Shown piece after piece: positions 1 through 6,887 of a DNA stretch of 7,731 nt. The stretch lies in contig NJBF01000083.1 of the NCBI GenBank assembly GCA_003144275.1, positions 1 to 7,731 of the forward strand. The letters run 5' to 3'. Every line of letters begins with the position of its first letter. Within the stretch, counting starts at the first letter, position 1. The position numbers were made by a program, and so were the translations under genes. The DNA is from Candidatus Heimdallarchaeota archaeon B3_Heim (lineage in GTDB: Archaea > Asgardarchaeota > Heimdallarchaeia > Hodarchaeales > Hodarchaeaceae). Below the pieces are notes generated by a model. The model was not told the DNA's origin. It searched no databases and was given only the letters and a program-made list of their open reading frames with translations.

Positions 1-127
1 GCGAGGCTTTAGGAGAAGCTGCAACTTCTCCAAAAAGCTTGAAAATCATTTCAAAGCCTTTGATTTAGTGTTCTTTTATATCAATAATGGATTCGTTTAA
101 TGCCAGCATACTTTTTGAAACACCACC
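1..127 (+). mobile_element. Right end of an IS1-family insertion sequence (ISAba3/ISPa14-like): transposase 3' end plus terminal IR, facing inward
   Basis: Frame 2..100 reads RGFRRSCNFSKKLENHFKAFDLVFFYINNGFV*, which resembles the IS1 InsB C-terminus (R.GRKSLSFSKSVELH...). It is followed by a 27-bp end, TGCCAGCATACTTTTTGAAACACCACC, whose reverse complement begins GGTGGTG like IS1-type ends. The specific IS name is from memory and not verified. Confidence 0.8.
2..100 (+). CDS. IS1-family transposase (InsB-like), C-terminal fragment, partial at the window edge
   Basis: Open frame to TAA at 98-100, FSKKLENH motif, stop abuts the terminal IR. Confidence 0.75.
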   Translation, partial: RGFRRSCNFSKKLENHFKAFDLVFFYINNGFV

Positions 128-3100
128 GAAAAGTTAAATATTACTGATAAACGTGACTATGGTATTGATCTAGTTGCGGTAACGATGGGTGGTGAATTTC
201 ATCCAATCCAGTGTAAAAATTACAACACTACAAAAATTCAGAAGAAAGATATTGATAGCTTTTTAGGTGGATCTGGTAAATCCTATTTTTCATATCGTTA
301 TATCGTGGCTTCAACGGATGATTGGACTGATAACGCAAAATCATCTTTATTAGATGCACATCCCCCTGTTGCGACTATTTCCTTATTAGATTTAGAAGGC
401 AGTTTAATTGACTGGACACAGTTTGATTTTGATCCAAATGTGAAGCCTATTTTTCGTGACAAAAAACAATTACGCAAACATCAACGTCCTGCACTTCAAG
501 CTGTTAAACACGGCTTGGCGGCGGCTGATCGTGGCAAGCTCATTATGGCATGTGGTACGGGTAAGACTTTTACTTCTTTGCGTATTGCAGAAGAATTAGT
601 GGGCCGTGGTAAAAATGTCTTATTCCTTGTGCCAAGCCTTGCATTATTAAGTCAAACGCTGGATGAGTGGACGCAAGATACCATGATTGGTATTCGTAGC
701 TTTGCAGTATGTTCTGATAGTGATGTTGGTAAGAAAAAAGATGATGACAATATTGTAGTTGGGATTAGTGACTTAAAATTCCCTGCTACAACCAATCCCC
801 AAAGTTTAGTTAATGCATTTAAGGCAAGAGATTTATTTAAACCGAATGAAGCAAATGAGGACATGAATGTTGTTTTCTCAACCTATCATTCCATTGATGT
901 GATTGCAGAAGCTCAAAAAGCTGGATTCCCTGAATTTGATTTAATTATTTGTGATGAAGCTCACCGTACCACAGGGGCAACTTTTGAGGGAGATGATGAA
1001 TCCAAGTTTGTGCGTATTCATAATAATGATTATGTACAAGGCAAGAAACGTCTATATATGACTGCGACACCACGTATTTATGGTGATACGGCTAAAGAAA
1101 CAGAGGGTGTAACACTTTGCTCAATGGATGATAAATCACTGTATGGTGAAGATTTATATGTCATCACATTCTCACAAGCTGTAAAAATGGACATTTTATG
1201 TGATTATAAGGTAATTGTACTTGCTGTTGAAGAAAGCCATATTAATCGTCAATTACAAGGCTTATTAAAAGACGAAAATAACTCTCTAAAAGTTGATGAT
1301 GCTGCAAAAATTGTTGGCTGTTGGAAAGCCCTCGCTAAACAAGGTTTATATAATCCAGATGGCACAGTTGCAAAGCCAATGGAACGTGCGGTTGCCTTCT
1401 GTCAGGTGATTGAAAAAGAATATAAAGGCAAAAAACATAAAGTTAGTTCTAAGCAAATTACTGAAATGTTTAGTGCTGTTGTTGAAGCATATCAACAAGC
1501 AGAAATGGATCATTTATATAGAACAGAAGAAGACCCTTATATTGATCCTTCATTAAAACTAAATTGCCATGTGAAACATGTTGATGGCGGTATGAATGCA
1601 ACTGAAAAGAAAGAAAAAATCACTTGGCTAAAAGACCAAGCTCCTGAAAATACCTGTCGTATCTTGTCTAATGTACGCTGTTTATCAGAAGGTGTGGATG
1701 TTCCATCACTTGATGCAGTTCTTTTCTTGACCCCACGTAACTCACAAGTCGATGTAGTACAGTCTGTTGGACGTGTAATGCGTAAAGCGGAAGGTAAGCA
1801 ACTTGGTTATGTCATTTTACCAGTCGTAATTCCTGCGGGTGTAGAGCCTGAACAGGCGTTAAATTCTAATGAAGCCTACCGTGTGGTATGGCAAGTGCTC
1901 AACGCTCTACGTGCGCATGATGACCGCTTTGATGCGATGATTAACAAGTTAGAGTTCAATGGCAAAGACGTATCTCGCATGGAAGTTATTGCGGTTGCTG
2001 ATAAGGTTGTTAAAAAGGCTAAAAAAGCCAAACCCAAAGATGATGAAGGTGAAACAAACACAACAGGTTTAAGTGAAGGTAAAAAACGAAGGGGTACAGC
2101 ACAAGCCAAAGGTGGTTCATCTATTGGTACAGCAGAAACCCCGCTACCAGTTCAAGAGGAAATGGTATTTGAAGTCGGCGAGATTGAACGTGCTTTATAT
2201 GCCAAGATCGTAAAAAAATGCGGTAATCGCCATCATTGGGAAGATTGGGCAAGTGATGTCGCAAAAATTGCCAAAACACATATTGACCGTATTCAAGCCA
2301 TTCTTGAGAATCCTGCTAATACAAATGAAATTGCAGCATTTAATGAATTTGCTCATGAATTACGAGATGATTTGAATAACAGCGTATCTGATGCTGAAAT
2401 CATTGAAATGTTGGCACAGCATTTAATTACTAAACCTGTATTTGATGCACTCTTTAAAGACCATAGCTTTGCTGAACACAACCCAATGAGCTTTGCAATG
2501 CAAAAGGTACTTGATGCCCTTAATGAGCATCACTTAGAGAAAGAAGCGGATACTCTTAATTCCTTCTATGAATCAGTCCGTATGCGAGCAGAAGGCATTA
2601 ATACTGCCGAAGGTAAGCAAAGCATTATTTTAACGCTATACGATTCATTCTTTAAAAATGCTTTCCCACGCATGACTGAAAAACTAGGGATTGTTTATAC
2701 CCCTGTTGAAGTCGTAGATTTTATTATTCATAGTGTGAATGACGTACTCAAAAGTGAGTTTGGTAAAACCTTTGCTGATGACAATGTACATGTACTTGAT
2801 CCATTTACGGGTACAGGTACGTTTATCAACCGTTTGCTTCAATCAGGTTTAATCCCTGCTGATCGTTTAACGTATAAGTATAAGAATGAAATTCATGCCA
2901 ATGAGATTGTTTTATTGGCGTATTACATTGCTTCAATCAACATTGAAACCGTATATCACGATCAGATGAAAACAGTTAATCCCGATCTTGAATATGCACC
3001 ATTCGAAGGGATTTGCTTAACCGACACCTTTGAAATGTACGAAAAAGAGGATTTAGTCAGTAAGGTTTTGGTAGATAACAGTGCAAGACGTAAACGCCAA

Positions 3101-4966
3101 AAAGAATTGGATATTCGGGTGATAATTGGAAATCCACCATATTCAATTGGGCAATCCAACGCAAATGATGATAATGCCAATGTAAAATATCCTTTCCTAG
3201 ATAATCGTATCGAAGAAACTTACGCAAAATATTCAAAAGCAACTTTATCCAAAGGTTTATATGATTCGTATATTCGAGCATTCAGATGGGCAAGTGATCG
3301 TATTAAAGACCGTGGTGTAATCGGATTTGTAACCAATGGTGGATTTATTGAAAAATCAGCTATGGATGGTTTTAGAAAAAGTCTAATGAATGAGTTTTCT
3401 TCTCTACATATATTTAATTTGAAGGGTGATATTAGAAAAAATATGCTCAGTAAAGGGCTTGCTCAGGAAGGGCAAAATGTTTTTGGTAGTGGAAGTATGG
3501 CTGGTATAGCTATTTCAATTCTTGTAAAGAATCCAAATTCTAAGCTGCAAGGTCAAATCTATTATCACAGCATAGGTAATGATCTCACACGGAATGAAAA
3601 ATTAGAAAAAATTTCCGACCTAGTTAGTATCAATGGTATCTCAACGATTGATGGTTGGGTGACCATTACACCTGATACACATAATGATTGGGTAAACCAA
3701 CGTGATGATAGTTTTAATGAATTTATTGAAATTGGAAATAAGAAAGTTAAAACAGCAATTAGTTTGTTTAATAATTTTTCACTGGGTGTAGCAACCAATC
3801 GTGATGCTTGGGTTTATCAATATTCACAACAAAAATTAGAAGCTAATGTTCATAAATTAATTGAATTTTATAATGCTGAAAACAATCGTATCCAACCACT
3901 ACTAAAAGCTAATCCTAATAAGGATGTAGGTGAGTTAATCAATATTGATTCAACAAAAATTAGTTGGACTAGAGCTTTAAAAAATGACCTTAAAAAAGAT
4001 AAAAGATTATCTTTTGAAAGAAAGTCGATTTATAGTGCTACATATAGACCATTTATCAAATCATGGATGTATTTTAATCGTAGATTAAATGAAATGGTTT
4101 TACAGATGCCTCAAATTTTTCCAACAGCAGATGCGAATAATTTAATAATTCAACTTTCAGGAATTGGAGCTAGATCAGGATTTTCAACGATAATCAGCAA
4201 TAATATCTTAAGCTTAGATACAATCGAAAAAGGTCAATGCTTCCCACTCTACCTTTATGAAGAAAACACCGTAAAAGCTAATGATTCTGACTTGTTTAGC
4301 CAAGCCGATGCTCAAAACTCAGATGGTCAATATAATCGTAAAGATGCAATTAGTGATGCAGGTTTAAAGCATTTCCAAGATGCTTATCCAACCGAAAAAA
4401 TTAGCAAAGAAGATATTTTTTACTATGTGTATGGCTTATTGCACAGTGAAGATTATCGTACTCGTTATGCTGACAATCTTAGTAAAGAGTTACCACGTAT
4501 CCCATGCGTGAAAAAAGCTGAAGATTTTTGGACGTTCTCAAAAGCGGGTCGTGATTTAGCACATTGGCATCTAAACTATGAAACGGTAGAGCCGTATAAA
4601 GCCAAATTGGACTTGGGTGGTAAATCATTAAAGCAATTGGAAGATAAAGACTTTTATGTGACCAAAATGAAATTCCCTAAAAAAGACCAAAAGGATACGG
4701 TGATTTATAACAATGCCATTACTATCCGTGAAATACCGTTAGAGGCTTATGATTACGTGGTAAATGGTAAGTCTGCACTTGAATGGGTAATGGAGCGTCA
4801 AGGCGTTTCTACACATAAAGACAGTGGTATTGTGAATGATGCGAATGATTGGGCGATTGAGACTATGGGGGATGCTAAATATCCATTAGAGTTGTTCTTG
4901 CGTGTGATTACGGTCAGCTTAGAAACAATGAAAATTGTGAAGAATTTGCCAAAGTTGGATATTTAA
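128..4966 (+). CDS. Type ISP restriction-modification enzyme (Mrr-like nuclease, SF2 helicase/ATPase, N6-adenine MTase, TRD), 5'-truncated by the IS; first in-frame ATG at 185
   Basis: Nuclease motif DYGIDLVA...IQCKNY, partly upstream of ATG185 (frame open from 128). Helicase motifs MACGTGKT, DEAH, MTATPR, CLSEGVDVPSLD and QSVGRVMR. MTase motifs GIVYTP, LDPFTGTGTF and IIGNPPY. The ~1600-aa size and domain order match LlaGI/LlaBIII. Confidence 0.92.
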   Translation, partial: EKLNITDKRDYGIDLVAVTMGGEFHPIQCKNYNTTKIQKKDIDSFLGGSGKSYFSYRYIVASTDDWTDNAKSSLLDAHPPVATISLLDLEGSLIDWTQFDFDPNVKPIFRDKKQLRKHQRPALQAVKHGLAAADRGKLIMACGTGKTFTSLRIAEELVGRGKNVLFLVPSLALLSQTLDEWTQDTMIGIRSFAVCSDSDVGKKKDDDNIVVGISDLKFPATTNPQSLVNAFKARDLFKPNEANEDMNVVFSTYHSIDVIAEAQKAGFPEFDLIICDEAHRTTGATFEGDDESKFVRIHNNDYVQGKKRLYMTATPRIYGDTAKETEGVTLCSMDDKSLYGEDLYVITFSQAVKMDILCDYKVIVLAVEESHINRQLQGLLKDENNSLKVDDAAKIVGCWKALAKQGLYNPDGTVAKPMERAVAFCQVIEKEYKGKKHKVSSKQITEMFSAVVEAYQQAEMDHLYRTEEDPYIDPSLKLNCHVKHVDGGMNATEKKEKITWLKDQAPENTCRILSNVRCLSEGVDVPSLDAVLFLTPRNSQVDVVQSVGRVMRKAEGKQLGYVILPVVIPAGVEPEQALNSNEAYRVVWQVLNALRAHDDRFDAMINKLEFNGKDVSRMEVIAVADKVVKKAKKAKPKDDEGETNTTGLSEGKKRRGTAQAKGGSSIGTAETPLPVQEEMVFEVGEIERALYAKIVKKCGNRHHWEDWASDVAKIAKTHIDRIQAILENPANTNEIAAFNEFAHELRDDLNNSVSDAEIIEMLAQHLITKPVFDALFKDHSFAEHNPMSFAMQKVLDALNEHHLEKEADTLNSFYESVRMRAEGINTAEGKQSIILTLYDSFFKNAFPRMTEKLGIVYTPVEVVDFIIHSVNDVLKSEFGKTFADDNVHVLDPFTGTGTFINRLLQSGLIPADRLTYKYKNEIHANEIVLLAYYIASINIETVYHDQMKTVNPDLEYAPFEGICLTDTFEMYEKEDLVSKVLVDNSARRKRQKELDIRVIIGNPPYSIGQSNANDDNANVKYPFLDNRIEETYAKYSKATLSKGLYDSYIRAFRWASDRIKDRGVIGFVTNGGFIEKSAMDGFRKSLMNEFSSLHIFNLKGDIRKNMLSKGLAQEGQNVFGSGSMAGIAISILVKNPNSKLQGQIYYHSIGNDLTRNEKLEKISDLVSINGISTIDGWVTITPDTHNDWVNQRDDSFNEFIEIGNKKVKTAISLFNNFSLGVATNRDAWVYQYSQQKLEANVHKLIEFYNAENNRIQPLLKANPNKDVGELINIDSTKISWTRALKNDLKKDKRLSFERKSIYSATYRPFIKSWMYFNRRLNEMVLQMPQIFPTADANNLIIQLSGIGARSGFSTIISNNILSLDTIEKGQCFPLYLYEENTVKANDSDLFSQADAQNSDGQYNRKDAISDAGLKHFQDAYPTEKISKEDIFYYVYGLLHSEDYRTRYADNLSKELPRIPCVKKAEDFWTFSKAGRDLAHWHLNYETVEPYKAKLDLGGKSLKQLEDKDFYVTKMKFPKKDQKDTVIYNNAITIREIPLEAYDYVVNGKSALEWVMERQGVSTHKDSGIVNDANDWAIETMGDAKYPLELFLRVITVSLETMKIVKNLPKLDI

Positions 4967-4973
4967 AATGTAT

Positions 4974-5007
4974 AAAGCCATTTAGATTTATTTAAATGGC
5001 TTTTTTT
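4974..5007 (+). terminator. Rho-independent terminator after the Type ISP gene
   Basis: 11-bp stem AAAGCCATTTA (4974-4984) / TAAATGGCTTT (4993-5003), 8-nt loop, T-run to 5007. Confidence 0.85.
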
Positions 5008-5039
5008 ACTATTTATTACAGTTCCTTGTTTATTGTATG

Positions 5040-5068
5040 TTGCTGATATAAAAATACTCTTATATATT
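5040..5068 (+). promoter_or_regulatory. Putative sigma70 promoter for the repeat leader and RT
   Basis: TTGCTG (5040-5045), 17-bp spacer, TATATT (5063-5068). Predicted start near 5075, just upstream of the repeat region. Confidence 0.55.
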
Positions 5069-5101
5069 TCAAATATCTAAATGGTCGGTTAAAACCCCAC
5101 T

Positions 5102-5229
5102 ATTGCTCACACTGTTGTAAACCATTGGTTCGCTCGACAACACAGAAATGTGCATCAGAACAGAACCATGAGGATGGACTGGCTAGTCTTATCACCGATG
5201 AGAAGAGCTATTACCATTTGAATGGATGT
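5102..5229. repeat. 128-bp direct repeat, copy 1
   Basis: Identical to 5486-5613 except one substitution (5204 A vs 5588 T). Period 384 bp. Confidence 0.97.
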
Positions 5230-5625
5230 AACAGTCCCCTTGCTATCATTACTTGGGGGGTACTTGGCTTTTTCAAGACGGTGGGCGTGGGGCTACGGGC
5301 GGTTTGGAGAACCGATATTCTCTATATTGTCAAGTGGTTGTTTCAGTTGGTTTTGATATTTTCGTCAAGAAATTATCAGGAAAATCAGGTGGTTATGTTG
5401 ATAATTGTGGAGTCTTTCGTGTTGATTCTCGATGTTGTTTTATGTTATACTGATAGCAGCATTTCAAGAAAAAAGATGGCAATAAATTGCTCACACTGTT
5501 GTAAACCATTGGTTCGCTCGACAACACAGAAATGTGCATCAGAACAGAACCATGAGGATGGACTGGCTAGTCTTATCACCGATGAGATGAGCTATTACCA
5601 TTTGAATGGATGTGTCCCTTTTTAA
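5125..5625 (+). CDS. Hypothetical hydrophobic ORF spanning both repeats (TTG start; translation uncertain)
   Basis: Frame is open across the whole 384-bp period and contains three hydrophobic stretches. No clear RBS and no recognised family. Confidence 0.25.
   Translation: MVRSTTQKCASEQNHEDGLASLITDEKSYYHLNGCNSPLAIITWGVLGFFKTVGVGLRAVWRTDILYIVKWLFQLVLIFSSRNYQENQVVMLIIVESFVLILDVVLCYTDSSISRKKMAINCSHCCKPLVRSTTQKCASEQNHEDGLASLITDEMSYYHLNGCVPF
5486..5613. repeat. 128-bp direct repeat, copy 2
   Basis: Matches 5102-5229 at 127/128. Similarity continues as GTCCC(C)TT after a 4-nt AACA indel. Confidence 0.97.
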
Positions 5626-5679
5626 CCGTTGCGAGATAGCTTTACAAGGACGCAATGGAGAAGAAAGAGATGTGTAATC

Positions 5680-6879
5680 ATGTTATTTAAAGACTTTATT
5701 CAAGAAAATTTTGATGAAAAATTTAAAATTTTCAAACAAAAAAATATTAAAAATTATGATAAAAAATATCATACCAACTATGTTTCAATTAAAGAATTTG
5801 AGAATAATTTAAATGTTCAATTAGAGTCTTTAATAAAATTAATTGAAACTCAAAGCTATAGATTTCAAAAACTGTATCCTGTAATTATTGAGAATAAAAA
5901 GAATCCTAGTAAAAAGCCACGTTTAATTTGCATACCAACGGTTAGAGATCGTCTAGTGCAGATGATTTTAATTGATTACATTGCCCAGAATTTAAAACAT
6001 GAGTTAGCTATACTTAAATCTAACGATTTTTCTGTTTCAGGTGTAGGTATATTTCGAGCAAGACAAAAGGCAAAAGATTTAAGAAATACAAAGCCCTTTG
6101 TTTTAAAAACAGATATTGCATCGTTTTTTGATAATTTAGTTCGGGCAACTTTGTTAAAGGAAATACGAGAAAATATACCAACTGACATACTCTATTTGTT
6201 TGAATCCATAATTTGCTGCGATCCAAGTATTCCTCATGAATATGCAAAGATGCATAAAAAGCTAATTGAGTCTAAGATTGGGAAAGGTGTCAGACAAGGG
6301 ATGCCTTTATCACCTTTACTAGCATCATTTTACTTAAATGATTTTGATAATTGGCTTATTAAGCAAAAATATAAACATGTCCGTTATGCGGATGATCTGA
6401 TATTTTTTCTTGATTCCGAACAGCAGTGTAAAGAGGTATTTGAATTAGTTTTTCAAGAATTGCATAACTTAGGTTTAACACTTCCTGAAATTGATGAAAA
6501 GTCAAAAACACAGATTATTCCTGAAAAGGAAACAGTAAATTTTTTAGGATTAGACTTACGATATGAGAATTCAAAATATGACTGGTATATTCCACCTCAT
6601 GTCATTGAAAATGTTAGAGATAGTCTAAGTCATCTAACGAATATCAATAGTAATATTAAAATGAAGCTAAATTTTAGTAAAACTATAACTAGGATGGAGC
6701 AGATAGTTTCAGGCTATCAGCATTGTTATAGTGACGCTGATTCCAAAAATTTAAAAGATTTTAATAATAGACTACAAATAGAAAAAGAAAACGCAATTAG
6801 TTTACTATTCCAAGGGTTAGGGATAGATATTAAGACAATACATCCCCAATATATGAAATTCTTGTTAGATAGCAACTAG
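5680..6879 (+). CDS. Stand-alone group II-like reverse transcriptase (399 aa from ATG5680; upstream TTG at 5629 possible)
   Basis: RT motifs RLICIPTVRDRLVQ, KTDIASFFDNL, KGVRQGMPLSPLLASFYL..FD, RYADD (YADD at 6385-6396) and NFLG. Short thumb, no HNH/En domain. Purine-rich RBS-like stretch around 5658-5670. Confidence 0.93.
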   Translation: MLFKDFIQENFDEKFKIFKQKNIKNYDKKYHTNYVSIKEFENNLNVQLESLIKLIETQSYRFQKLYPVIIENKKNPSKKPRLICIPTVRDRLVQMILIDYIAQNLKHELAILKSNDFSVSGVGIFRARQKAKDLRNTKPFVLKTDIASFFDNLVRATLLKEIRENIPTDILYLFESIICCDPSIPHEYAKMHKKLIESKIGKGVRQGMPLSPLLASFYLNDFDNWLIKQKYKHVRYADDLIFFLDSEQQCKEVFELVFQELHNLGLTLPEIDEKSKTQIIPEKETVNFLGLDLRYENSKYDWYIPPHVIENVRDSLSHLTNINSNIKMKLNFSKTITRMEQIVSGYQHCYSDADSKNLKDFNNRLQIEKENAISLLFQGLGIDIKTIHPQYMKFLLDSN

Positions 6880-6887
6880 GAACAATT

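Larger units (their letters stand above)
5075..5640 (+). ncRNA. Putative RT-associated structured RNA (repeat-spacer-repeat leader)
   Basis: Lies between a predicted promoter and the RT start. The ends pair (CGGTTAAAA 5086-5094 / TTTTAACCG 5620-5628) and each repeat contains several hairpins. Inferred; there is no expression evidence. Confidence 0.5.

Noticed and set aside
12-31. Hairpin GGAGAAG-CTGCAA-CTTCTCC as a terminator
   Set aside because: It lies inside the transposase coding frame and has no U-tract on either strand.
652-3798. Short ORFs 652-864, 1876-2109, 2962-3180, 3057-3281 and 3565-3798
   Set aside because: They are antisense or off-frame shadows inside the Type ISP gene with no recognisable motifs.
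5423-5450. pdif (XerC/D) site
   Set aside because: TTATGTTATAC (5440-5450) resembles the XerD arm (9/11), but there is no XerC arm at 6-bp spacing.
5102-5613. CRISPR array
   Set aside because: The 128-bp repeat and 256-bp spacer are far outside CRISPR sizes, there are only two copies, and no cas genes are present.
5102-5613. DGR template/variable repeat pair
   Set aside because: There is only one mismatch, the repeats are not the 3' end of a recognisable target gene, and there is no avd gene. One A/T difference does not show adenine-specific mutagenesis.
5102-5613. Internal repeat as an assembly artefact
   Set aside because: The copies differ at 5204/5588, the longest exact match is 102 bp (below the apparent k of 127), and the flanks are unique. 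Long-read confirmation is still advisable.
5629-5679. TTG5629 as the RT start
   Set aside because: The added residues (MRDSFTRTQWRRKRCVI) are not RT-like, and ATG5680 has a purine-rich RBS-like stretch, so it is the more likely start.
5976-6247. Minus-strand ORFs 5976-6188 and 6020-6247
   Set aside because: They are antisense shadows of the RT gene.
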